DNA of 63,996 nt, the filler included, from Atractiella rhizophila (Eukaryota): NCBI GenBank assembly GCA_021432655.1. It is 45 parts of 45 records of this genome, joined end to end, with 100 filler letters (N's around TTAATTAATTAA, not from the genome) between each part and the next. Parts side by side here need not be neighbours in the genome. Positions count along the whole stretch, not along the records: positions 11,700 to 13,054 come from MU273009.1; positions 13,155 to 14,505 come from MU273010.1; positions 14,606 to 15,951 come from MU273011.1; positions 16,052 to 17,389 come from MU273012.1; positions 17,490 to 18,825 come from MU273013.1; positions 18,926 to 20,260 come from MU273014.1; positions 20,361 to 21,695 come from MU273015.1; positions 21,796 to 23,130 come from MU273016.1; 37 more parts are not named here. One strand, 5' to 3'. The notes under the pieces were generated by a model. It searched no databases and had not been told where the DNA came from. It worked only from the letters and a program-made list of their open reading frames with translations. The position numbers and the translations under genes were made by a program. Shown one piece after another: positions 11,700 to 22,900 of the stretch; the stretch's first letter is position 1; every line of letters begins with the position of its first letter.

Positions 11700-13054
11700 C
11701 CTTGTTGAATGTTCTCACTGTCGTCCATCAATCGGTCAGCACTAAGGTAGATACGATCCTGTCGGGAGACAAATTGTCGAATAAGCTGATCATTTATCAT
11801 GTCAACATCAACATTCCGGGCCCTAAGGACCATGCGCTCTTGAAAGTATTGCCTCAACTCGACTGAGTTGACATCTTGCGTTATGGTGCTCAGTCCAGGG
11901 TATATGTCAGTCAGGAGACCGTCCAGACCACGGGGTCGCCGGACTATTGTTTGGTCCTTCATAGTCAATGGACCACGGCCACAGTCGTCTGGGTTATCTA
12001 TTGCGCCATTACCAACTGACAACAACCATTCAGCAAAGCCAGAGGCAATAGCAAAGTCTCGGCTACTCATTTCGGCCCGGCGACAGAGCAGGTGCATATT
12101 TACTGTGAGAGGGAGGACTTGAACTGCTGGCCAAAAGGGACTGTTGGTGACACACGCATCAACGATCTGTGCACGTGAAGCTTTGGGGATAACTGAGAGG
12201 CATTGTTGCATGTCACCTAATTATTTATCAGACATGAACTCTTTGACTTGATGCACTTACCACCAAGGACCAAAATAACTCCACCGAAAGGCACATCCAC
12301 CTTATGTATATCTCTCAGCATCCGGTCAACTGCTTCAAAGCACCATTGATGAGTCATTCCCACTTCGTCCCAAATTATCAATTCTGCCTCTCGGCAAAGT
12401 CGACCGTGATCACTTTGAGCCGTAACACTGCAGACGGAATCAGCTTCAATGGCTAATGGGATCCGGAAGCGAGTATGGGCTGTTCGTCCACCTTCCAGCA
12501 GAATAGCAGCAATACCGGAAGAGGCCACTGCCAGCGCAATTTTCCCCGCTGAGCGCCCTGGCAAGTAATAGGTTTTCAACAAAGGTCTTTCCAGTCCCTC
12601 CTGGCCCATCAATAAAAATAATCCACCATTTCCATTTTGCCATGCTTCTACAACCATGTCATAAGCATGACGTTGGCCCAGATTTAATGACGGTAACTCT
12701 GTCTGAATACGTGCGTGAAGTAGTGGTCGATCATATGCAAGTTCTTCTCCAATAATCCTTGTCTCGCCTCCCCATCTTTCTAGTCGCTCTGCGGGTTGTG
12801 GTAGTCCAAAGTTACTTAGGGATTTACCATGAGCTTGGAGGAGATCTTCAATTTCGAGGAGACAGAGGCTGATAATTTGCTCATTCGTTGGATTGTCTAC
12901 ACCATATTTTGTCCGTAGAAGGTGTTTACAATCGTCACTGAGTTGCTCATGATGGCCGTCCCATAATCTTCTGGGTTCGCTGGCGACTCCAAATAGCAGA
13001 ATGTAGACAAACAGAGATCGCATCGCAAAGCCATTCTTGACTGTGCTGGCTTCA
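11700..13054 (-). mobile_element. Helitron RepHel PIF1-type helicase region, frameshifted
   Basis: Helitron-typical LFVYILL..P..LW, LN.GQRHAYD, FIDGPGGTGKTF (in a shifted frame), VASSGIAAILLEGGRTAHTRFRIP, LIIWDE, PFGG..VLG|GDMQQCL, LTVNM, FAEWLLSVGNG. Confidence 0.92.
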
Positions 13055-14804
13055 NNNNNNNNNNNNNNNNNNNNNNNNNNNNNNNNNNNNNNNNNNNNTT
13101 AATTAATTAANNNNNNNNNNNNNNNNNNNNNNNNNNNNNNNNNNNNNNNNNNNNTGCTCACAGAAATCACCTCAAGATGGCTTGAAGACGTTGATACAGA
13201 ACATTACGCCCTTTCAGATGAGCTAATCCTACCCCGGGAAGACCCCCAACTCGCATGCAAGCTTAAACACCAACTGCTCATTGACGATGGTGTGGCGGAC
13301 AGCCTGGTAGAATGTGTGAAGAACGTCCGAGAGGTACGGTACTTCTATGTGGTGCTCTTTGTTCAGAGGCTCTTCAGGTTAGCGCACGACATCGACTGGA
13401 CAGTTCCGAGATGCCCTGGCGATCCCTTGAAATCCCCGTCGAAATGCCTTCCATGACTGTGCTAATTCCTCTCTCAGTACGGTGTCAAGTGCTCAAACTG
13501 GGGTGCAGATCATAAACATTGTAAAGGTGCTAGCTGCAAATACCTCTGGTCATGAAGTTGGGGAAGCTTTGCCAGTACAGATCTCCATCCACAGCTCTTT
13601 AGAATGGAATGTCGACGAAACGATCTATCAACAAAACAGCGTCGGTCTTGTTTATGACGTTGCTGCCGATCCAGAGGATTGGTTAGTTACTGGTCGAAAA
13701 AAAGGAGAATTCTTAGTTTCTGTGGGTGCTGATTTCCTTTGTAACTCAAAGCTAATGGAGTACAGCCATCAAATCCAAAGGAATGCGTGGTATCGCTCAC
13801 CCTCGTAGCACTGCGACCTGGCCGCCTATTTCTACCATCCATCGTCATCTCTCCCATTGACCCAACAACGAGTTGTGAGACGCAGTACACAAATGCAGTT
13901 CAGCACATAGATGTTCGCCCAGTCACATCAAAAACCACTTTTCACGTCTCATTGCACGACTAACATGTTGTATGGACCAGATCCTGGTGCGTGCTTCCAC
14001 CCTGTTGAAACACCAATGTAATAATACCGCAATTCCATGTCTATCACCATGCGTTACCGACTGTCCCTTACTTCACTTTCTTCTTTACTGTCTGTTTCCG
14101 CTCTTTCTTTTTCTCCCGCCGCTCCCGTCGGTCTTGCTTCACCCCCTGCTTCCGTTCCTGCAACTGCGTCAGCTGCTGTTGGGTACATCAAAGAAGACTC
14201 ACTCGCTTAGCATCCTTGTCCTCGAATCTTTTGCCTTTCGGCGTTTTCTCCAAATCGTCGTCACCTTGCTCACTCTCCTGCTCACCGTCTCCTTCTGAAT
14301 CTGAAGTCATGGCCTCCTCTCCGACTGGCACCGTTTCTTCAGGCCTGTTTTCACCCACCAACCTTGTTACTCCAGCGTATATCAGCTGATCCTTCCCGCC
14401 GGTTAGCAAAATGTCGATATCACGTTCAGCATCCACGACGTCTTTGAGCTGAGACGGGATGTAGGATTGTTGGAACACGGCTTCATCGATGTGATTGCGC
14501 TCGTCNNNNNNNNNNNNNNNNNNNNNNNNNNNNNNNNNNNNNNNNNNNNTTAATTAATTAANNNNNNNNNNNNNNNNNNNNNNNNNNNNNNNNNNNNNNN
14601 NNNNNATGACAAGGGAGGAACAGTACCTCTTCATCAAAGAATATCAAGAAACCAGTGGCCAATATCAGAATCAAGCTCCCTGTTAACCTCTCTCTCTCTC
14701 TCCCTCTTGGAGAAATCCCCTTCGCCTTTCCTTTGTAAGTCTCTTGTGTGGTAGTGAGTATGGGTGACTACTATGCAATGCAACATCGTGTATCGCTATC
14801 ACTA

Positions 14805-15732
14805 TCACAGGATTTGCACTGAATCATTCCTCAACCAATCCTTTGATATCCCCTCAAGGTGATCATCAAAGTCAGAGAGCTTTTCATGTTCTTTTCGCTT
14901 CACTAATGACTTGTAATGTTCGGCTGTGCAAGAGGAGGGATCCGCGAGGGTGACGATGGAGGAAAAAATTCGGGGTTCAAAGGCGTTGCTTCCAGCAGGA
15001 AGATATGGCTGGTGATATCGTTAGAGAAATCTCGAGCTAAGAATGCAGGATGCTCACGATGAACGGGGTATCCTCAACTGCGATGTTTGTGTTGTCAACC
15101 TATCAAAAACTCGTCAGCTGGCACCGCGATTACGTTGATGTTGGTAACGCGAAACAGAGGTAAATTGTGGTATTCTAAGATCACGTAGGGGCGATAAATG
15201 TTTCAAGAAAAGATAGTACACGCAAAGATTCTTCTAACAGATGTGTCTCATGATAACCGTGTTTTGAGAATGAGCAAAATTTCTGCTTCTAGAGGGTCAC
15301 AAAACAATTCGAAATGACGCACCACAAGCACCAATCCTTTCCCACCATTATTCTTCACAATAGCCAAAGCAGCCTGCTTCCCCGTCGCACTGATTGTATT
15401 CTCATCCATGCCCTTTCGAGCTTCATAAAAGCCCAGAACATCCCATCCCTTCGTCTTTGCATACACCTCCGCCTATGCATTCCAACAACACCCAGCCACA
15501 GAAGAGATTAGTATTTATGCTAGCGGGGAGAAGAAGAGCGCACGAGCTCAAGACCGGCCTCCATCATGGGAGAGAGTGCGGTCCAGTGGTGCAGGAGCGG
15601 AATGGCATCCACCACGTTGGTCGATCCTGACGGTCCAAGGAGAAGACCGCAGATGTCGCTGTGGGCGTACTTGGTGGCATGGAGGAGCACCTTGTGGTAG
15701 GCAACAGCGGAGAGGGAATAGCCCGTTGACAT
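14805..15732 (-). CDS. EMC8: ER membrane complex subunit EMC8/9 (UPF0172), complete 4-exon gene, copy 1
   Basis: AYHKVLLHATKYAHSDICGLLLG...VVDAIPLLHHWTALSPMMEAGLEL...LSDFDDHLEGISKDWLRN; canonical GT-AG introns. Confidence 0.92.
15163..15290 (-). ncRNA. Candidate intronic H/ACA snoRNA, copy 1
   Basis: Hairpin - AGAAGA (H box) - hairpin - ACA plus 3 nt within the long intron 2 of EMC8/9; retained in copy 2. Structure inferred by eye. Confidence 0.4.
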
Positions 15733-16051
15733 CGTGGTTGTCGGTGCCTGGATCTCTTCTCCTGTCTGACCTTCCGCATTTGAGTGGAAAGTATTCACTC
15801 ATCAGGCCATCTGGAGATCTGCATTTACATTTGGGAGAGCAGGAGTTGAAGGCATCAAGGTATAAGCATTATCATCATTACTGCAGGTATCATAATGACA
15901 GGAATATCGTATGTATCATAAACGGATTCTCAACAGGCAAGCAAGCGGGATNNNNNNNNNNNNNNNNNNNNNNNNNNNNNNNNNNNNNNNNNNNNTTAAT
16001 TAATTAANNNNNNNNNNNNNNNNNNNNNNNNNNNNNNNNNNNNNNNNNNNN

Positions 16052-16414
16052 TTCCTACGGTACACCGAATACCCTCCGGACCCTCATCGCGGGCTGGACA
16101 TCCCGTCCGCACTCGTCATCCTCCTTCCCCTTCATTCAAATGTCAGCTTTTTAGCTCTCGCACAGAACTGGTCCCGCATTGATGGCCAGCGTATCTACTC
16201 GTCCAATTCACTCGTTGTCGTCCCTACGCCGGATTTCTCAATGCCGTACAATGTCATTATGATGACGTGTACAGTCCTGATGTTGGGCTGGGGTGGGGTA
16301 TTTAATGTTTGCACGAGGAGACTAAGGTGGATTGTTGAGGAAGTGGAGGGGGAGGAGGTGGTGGTGGAGCAAAAGGGAGAAGAGAATCAGAAGACGGACC
16401 AAACTACTATATAA
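16052..16414 (+). CDS. GPI16: GPI transamidase subunit Gpi16/PIG-T, 3' end
   Basis: FLRYTEYPPDPHRGLDIP, intron, ...VVPTPDFSMPYNVIMMTCTVLMLGWGGVFNVCTRR...TTI*; PTPDFSMPYNVI is the PIG-T signature. Confidence 0.93.
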   Translation, partial: FLRYTEYPPDPHRGLDIPSALVILLPLHSNVSFLALAQNWSRIDGQRIYSSNSLVVVPTPDFSMPYNVIMMTCTVLMLGWGGVFNVCTRRLRWIVEEVEGEEVVVEQKGEENQKTDQTTI

Positions 16415-16763
16415 GCTCCTGAGTTATTGTTATTCGCATGACCCTTGGAATATACCCTACGGTAATACTGCAGACCATGAGAACCCGCTCAAGTCTTGGC
16501 TAGTACAATTTACAATTGTTGCTATAGCAGTTAAGCTCATTAGAAAGTGTATTACGCTCAGCAGATAAAGCAGGATTGACGGAACGGCCTGAAGGCTGTC
16601 CAAGGGTCGAAGATCATCCGCATTTCCCAGCTCGCGCACTCAGTCGAGAGGAGGACTTCAGAAAAGCACTACAAAGCTTGATAAATGATGTTTAAGCTGT
16701 CTGAATCGAATAAGTACAAATGCCGCAAATAACGGGCAAGCAAGTTTAGTGCCATAGTAGTCC

Positions 16764-17389
16764 CTAATCCCCCCTTTTCTTTCTACGCCTTTTCTTGGAT
16801 CTTCCCTCCGCAACTCCTTCGTCGTCCTTGGAGGGCGATGCCTTCATTTCATCTGCGTTACCAATGTCATTCTCCTCCGCGGCTCGACGCTTTCTCTTTT
16901 TCTTCCCAGCGCCATCAATGACGTTCCCCTGTCCCTGAGGCATCGCGCTCTTCTTCTTCTGCTTTTCCTTTTCAGGTTTCAGTTGCCCAATTAAAGAAGT
17001 AGGCTCAAGTTTGCTGGTCGCGTGCTCGCCCATTGACGGTTCGTCCTTTGAAGAAGCGGGACCTTGCGCGTTCTGAATAAGATCGCATATCATCAAAACC
17101 TCTTCTGGAGTTTCTGGGAGGACAATTCTGCGGTTAATCAAGACTTTCAGGAAGCGCTTCTTGTTTCTCGTATGCCGCTACACCCAAACAGCGTTGATCA
17201 GCAACTCATCTCTTTAAATATGAAAGCAGCTTACTCCAGTTTTCAAGTGCTCTTCTGGCCCCAAACCTTCGTATATTGCAGCCTGACCATTCCTTGAACA
17301 AAGAATGCAAGAGAAATTGCCTGCATCTAAGGTCGGCGTTTTCCCTGCCCCATTTTTGGGCCGCAATGGATTCTGAAGTGAATTCTTGA
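16764..17389 (-). CDS. U1/matrin-type C2H2 zinc-finger protein with lysine-rich tail, 3' part
   Basis: Spliced reading FSCILCSRNGQAAIYEGLGPEEHLKTG|RHTRNKKR gives C-x2-C...H-x5-H; tail has KKKRKRR and RSKKRRRKKR basic clusters. Confidence 0.6.
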
Positions 17390-17489
17390 NNNNNNNNNNN
17401 NNNNNNNNNNNNNNNNNNNNNNNNNNNNNNNNNTTAATTAATTAANNNNNNNNNNNNNNNNNNNNNNNNNNNNNNNNNNNNNNNNNNNN

Positions 17490-17705
17490 CTGTAATAGAT
17501 CATTGGGAGTAATGGCGGACAATTTCTAGTAGGAGATCAGATCGATTCAGCTGTTATGGCAGGTGTTTACTTCTTCGGAGTCAAATTTTGCTGGAATTAA
17601 CTTTGAGGCGAGCGACATTGCTTTCGACATCGAGAGGTCCCCCTTCGCCGTCAACAGCTTCAAAAATTGGGGCAAAGAAAGATTCTGCTTATTCCTGGTA
17701 GACAT
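17490..17705 (-). CDS. Hypothetical protein, 5' exon
   Basis: ATG at 17705, MSTRNKQNLSLPQFLKLLTAKGDLSMSKAMSLASKLIPAKFDSEE, then a GTAAAC donor. Confidence 0.45.
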
Positions 17706-17982
17706 CTGGACGTGCAAGTTGATTCTGTCGTAGAACGGTATACACCAATGGTAATGGAAATGACATGGAATGTTGCGAATGAAATGACTTGAAAATGTCA
17801 CGTGATTTCACTGGTTGCTTGACCCTTCCGCTTCCTTCACAGTGAGTCAGATTCAATTTCATGAACACAGTTATGATTATCTTGCATCTGTAAACAAAGT
17901 ACCGAACATGCATTTGAAACGCAGTCTTGACTCAGAGAAAGCAGGCAGACAGGCATGGGACACCAGAGACAGAGAAGACACA

Positions 17983-18825
17983 CTAAACGAATATGGAGCC
18001 AAGATATGTTTCGAAATCCAAGATGGCTCCATCTGGTTGCTCTCCTTCCTCTGATGTCCCATTGACTTCGAGCTGAGGCATAGACTCTTTCAGATACTCA
18101 ATTACTTGGTCTGGTACCATCGCTAATCGTAGATCAAGCTCCGTTACGTATGGCTGGAGGAAGTAATGAATCAACTGTTTGAGATAGGAAACGGGACTGA
18201 CTTTGTCACCAGAGATTCCACGGAAAGAGGCTCGAACCTGATCTGACGACTTGGTGTCTTCTGTGATCTCAACAAGGAATGAACTGAAGGCTTCGAAGGT
18301 CACACGACCTTCCTCATTCCCGATTCGTTGATGAATATTGTCAATTTCGGCATCCTAGAATGCACAGACTTGAGTAAAAGGAGAATAAAGTCGGGAAAGA
18401 ATTTTACAGAATAAACAATGGATAAACTGGCCAGGGCTGCCTGGAACTCGTGAATGTCCAGCGTATTGCTCTCGTCCTTGTCAAAGTAACGGAAAGTGCT
18501 TTCAAATTCTTCCAACTGCGCAGGAGTAAGATTAGTCATGCTCCTCGAGACAACCTGTTAAATTTGGTGTCAGCCTCCTCCAAGGATACCCACAACCTCT
18601 TGCCTGATTCTCGATGAATGCGATCTTCTTCGTCACGCTTTTCTGCACCAATCCCAGTTCAAATTCTAGATCCTCATAGGTGTAAACGGTATAATCGTTC
18701 TCCTCCACATTCGCTTCGATACATTGCTTCTCGACGGACGCAATCTCGATCAGTTGGTCTTGAATGAGGGGTAGACGAGCTTGCAATCCCTTCACACGCA
18801 CCAGTTGCGAGTCGAGCGAGCCTTC
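17983..18825 (-). CDS. AIN1: Alpha-actinin, spectrin repeat end and EF-hand region
   Basis: EANVEENDYTVYTYEDLEFELGLV...KIAFIENQ|VVSRSMTNLTPAQLEEFESTFRYFDKDESNTLD...SSDQVRASFRGISGDK|PYVTELDLR...LDFETYL. Confidence 0.92.
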
Positions 18826-18925
18826 NNNNNNNNNNNNNNNNNNNNNNNNNNNNNNNNNNNNNNNNNNNNTTAATTAATTAANNNNNNNNNNNNNNNNNNN
18901 NNNNNNNNNNNNNNNNNNNNNNNNN

Positions 18926-19984
18926 CCACGCTTTCAACCCAAATGGATTCTTTGCCTTCGTCTTCTCCGTGCGATCAGACAAGCGTTCTGCGATCTGGAG
19001 ATAAATGAAAGCTAGCAGGACGCCAAAATAGTCGAACACTAGGAATTGTGTCGCGTCATTCCACTTGCCAGATTTTGTGACGAAGCCGTAGACGATCATG
19101 CTAATGCCCACAACATGCGCGACTGAGCTTTGAAGCTTGGTTTTTGTTATCGCCGCTCGAGCGAGTGAAGAGGAAGTTGGATGAGGAGTTGTTGTCGAGA
19201 GGAATGCGAGCGGTGTATATGCTATCGGTGCATATTGAAAACTGCATAGTAACTTAGTCGTTTGTAACTCATACGTGAAGGGAATGGACAAACGCAATGC
19301 AAATTGGGATCCAATAATCCGAGTTTGTGGGTAGAAATGTCATGGCAAAGGTGATGGCGGCAAATCCAAGACCAACAAGCGAACGGTAATAGTAGGAGTA
19401 AGGGTGAATATATCGTTCTTTCTTCTACTCCCGACTCCACGTCAGCATTTGTTCCATGTATTGAACAATTGACTGACCTGCATGAAAAATCGATCTATGA
19501 TGAAGAAGGGGACATAGATGGCAGGAAATGTGACTCCGAAGGCCATGAATTGGCCGATGCAAAAGCACAATGTCGAAAGCCAGGATCCAAGCAGCCAACT
19601 CCTTGTCCTGAGTGACGCGATAAACTCTGAAAAAGCGGCAACAAGAGCAACAAAAATCATAATGACCTATCCATAATTACTTTGTTCGTTACATGCTAGA
19701 TTGGTAGAATTGGAAGCACTGACGCCTTTAGCAATCCATTGGCCCTGGTCAATATGTGTCTTGAAGAAAGTTACAAGGATGCACATCAAGTCCCCTCCAC
19801 CATACCAACCCTGGTCTATCCATATCATCTTGTCCCTGTACTCGTCCACGCACTCCTCAATTATGTCTCTCAGAGCGAAGTTTGAGATGGCTTCTGGCGG
19901 ATGAAAGGCGAGCAGTCGAACGTAGTAAGCTGTGACGAGTGACAGGAGGATGAGACACGAAGCGGAAAAAAGTGCTGAGGCCAT
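18926..19984 (-). CDS. Multi-pass membrane protein of unknown function, partial
   Basis: Three spliced hydrophobic ORF segments (MASALFSASCLILLSL, LMCILVTFF, IGQFMAFGVTFPAIYVPFF, FLVFDYFGVLLAFIY). Confidence 0.6.
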
Positions 19985-22900
19985 TTTGAATTAGCTGGTC
20001 CAGATGTAATAGGCGACTGTCAAGTCCAGCTTACAAGGCTTTTATGGACGCGTCTTTCGACGGTTGTTGTTGGAGGGACGGCAACCTCTCCTGTTCCCGG
20101 ACACGTGGCTATTTCCGGCCGCCCTGGTACGGTAGCATTTAGACGACGACAAGGACGTAAGGAGCATTGAAGGATTGACGTGAATCTTCTGATACAGCAA
20201 TGGCCAGCAAACTTGTGAGTTATTTGCATACATTTTGGCTCTAACCTAACGGAGGGAATCNNNNNNNNNNNNNNNNNNNNNNNNNNNNNNNNNNNNNNNN
20301 NNNNTTAATTAATTAANNNNNNNNNNNNNNNNNNNNNNNNNNNNNNNNNNNNNNNNNNNNTGTTATAAAAGCTTGTAAACCTGCAAGTGCGAGACTTATA
20401 CTCATTGTTATCTCGCACTTCGCAGGTAATGTAGTTCCCTTACATACTGAATGCAGCTAATACTCATTGTTATCTCGCACTTCACAGCGCTAATACATTT
20501 GTCAGAGGTGAGGGACGGCTGAAGCTGGTTTGGGGATGTTGGAGAGCAAGGTGGAACAGGAGGGTAACGGTGGGTGAGAGAAAGCCTACCGTGCTTCTGC
20601 GGCGTCCATTCGCAGTCCCAACCCGTGGTGTCACCTCCATCCTCTTTTGTGATCTGACGCCGAATTTTACTTGCCCTTCTTTCGGAGGCACGTGGCCCTT
20701 TTATTTACATTACTCAATGGACTTTGGAGCATACCATTTGGCTTCTCGGACCTCGAATACACCAACATTCAAGACTTTTGAGAATCTGGCACTGGAAACC
20801 ATGCGATAAGCTCAATGTCAGGCAATATGCTCACATTGCAGCCTGGAGCCCAACCCGATGCTCCAGATGCGCATGGGTTCGTTCTTAATCTCAATAGTTA
20901 GCCTTGAAATCCGGAACATCAAACTGGTCTCATCGTCATTATCCTCCTCCATACGCCGTCCGCTTGTGGCTTGGGGGTGGGGTTAGGAGGCGGGCTGGAA
21001 GCACAGGCGAGGCCGAGACGATGGGATGAGTAAGGTACGTGCTCAGTAAGCAACTTATAAGTTAAAAGGAATGAGGACGAACGAGTAGCGGAGGAAGAGT
21101 GAAGCTTCCCTGATCTTAAATGGGGAATCTCGAGGTAAGACTAAACAATGTCGTCACATTCGCCGTAAAACGAACAGGATGAGGACGGCATGAGATTACT
21201 TTAAGAGAGCCTTCTTTTATGGGAGAGACCTTTTTGCGGATGGGTGGCTACAAAGCGGAGTTCTCGGCCACCAACACATTCTGGAGCCATGTACCTTGGC
21301 TACAACGACATAAATCTTACTTAAACGGCAAAGTGAGTTTCGCGCTCAGGAAATCCAAAATTTGAAAACTCACCAAAGTGAGCCCAACGTGAGTCCAAAA
21401 CGAGCACGCAGGTGCTGGGTAAGTGAGTTCACGAAGTTGTGCCGCGAAATTGAATCCTGTGCGGACTCGGAATAAAGGCAAACAGTCGAAGCCGATTTCG
21501 AATCTCACACAAACTCGCTGAGCGACCGTCCTCTGATCCATATTTCGAGTCTCCATGTAGCTAAAACTGCGCAAGTTGGCCGCAAGCTTGGATTGTGTCT
21601 GAAGGTGTGTCTCTCCAATTCCACAATCTCATCGCGACTTGAAAATGCTGCAGGAAGGTCAGCAGCACAACCGCAATCAGCCATCTCCCCCTCTTNNNNN
21701 NNNNNNNNNNNNNNNNNNNNNNNNNNNNNNNNNNNNNNNTTAATTAATTAANNNNNNNNNNNNNNNNNNNNNNNNNNNNNNNNNNNNNNNNNNNNTGAGG
21801 TTCGAGGTGAACTAGCTGGGAGGCAAAGAATGAAAAGAGTGTGGTGAGTAGTCCCGCTCAGCTGATTGTCGATTCTCGCGGCGAAGTCGAAAAAGTAGTG
21901 TCAGTGTCTGGGCCGCCTCCCATTGAAGGCGGTAGCTACCGAAATGTCGATGCGGCAAGTGAGGGTGAAGTCAAACTGCGCCTGCATTCTGTCCTTTATC
22001 GTAGAATCCTCTTGTAACGCTTGGATTAATGATCTTCAGTTGCGCAAATCATCGATTGCTGATAGCTGATCAAGTTGTCTACCAGACTCGGCCCTTACCA
22101 TTTAAATTTAGGCCCATATATAGATGGACATGGCGCTCCCAATCGACGTCTTGACAGACAGAAATATTCAAACTCTGCCGACCATCATCTCCTCCATCAA
22201 TCGTCAGTTTCTCGCACAAACCACGAAGAAGCAGGTCCGTTCCATAAACAGTCGTTCATATCCATGTCACTAGGATATCTCTTAAGTTCGAACAACGGCC
22301 CTTACAGTTACATTATTCTTGTCCATCTTTACCTTCGAGACCTCTTCCATTCAAAGATTGGAGGGTGGCAGTCACTGAGATCTTCCGCAGTGGATACGCG
22401 ACGGTGAGGATTCATACCAAGATGAAGGCGGCACTTTTCATTCTCACCTTTCGAAGAAATGATTCGGGATGGTGTTTTCAACAGCTCTTTGTTGAACACG
22501 ATTCGTCCAGAGACCACGCCAGGGACTATAATCTCCACCATTGAGGGCCAAGGTGGATGGCCACGCTCAACCTACTTTGACTACGAAAATCTATAGTCAC
22601 TTTCATTCGTTGGTAAATTCAGTCGAGAAATCGATATGGCACCGTGGGGATCTTCCCTTCGGTTTTCAAGGTTGTCTGAGCTTTTACTACGTGAGGCTGT
22701 AGGCGTCAGCAATTTGTTCCGTTAATACATACTATCAAGGACACCGCAACTGAAGGTCCTGCGTGGAGACTTGGTAGCATTCAGATTGCGAGCTATGTGC
22801 CAGGTCAGCTCCGAATCGATTATATTACATACCCTCAAGAGGTGAGAATTTTTCGTCACAGTATGACCGACAGTCAGAACGTATGTGGTGGACCATACTC

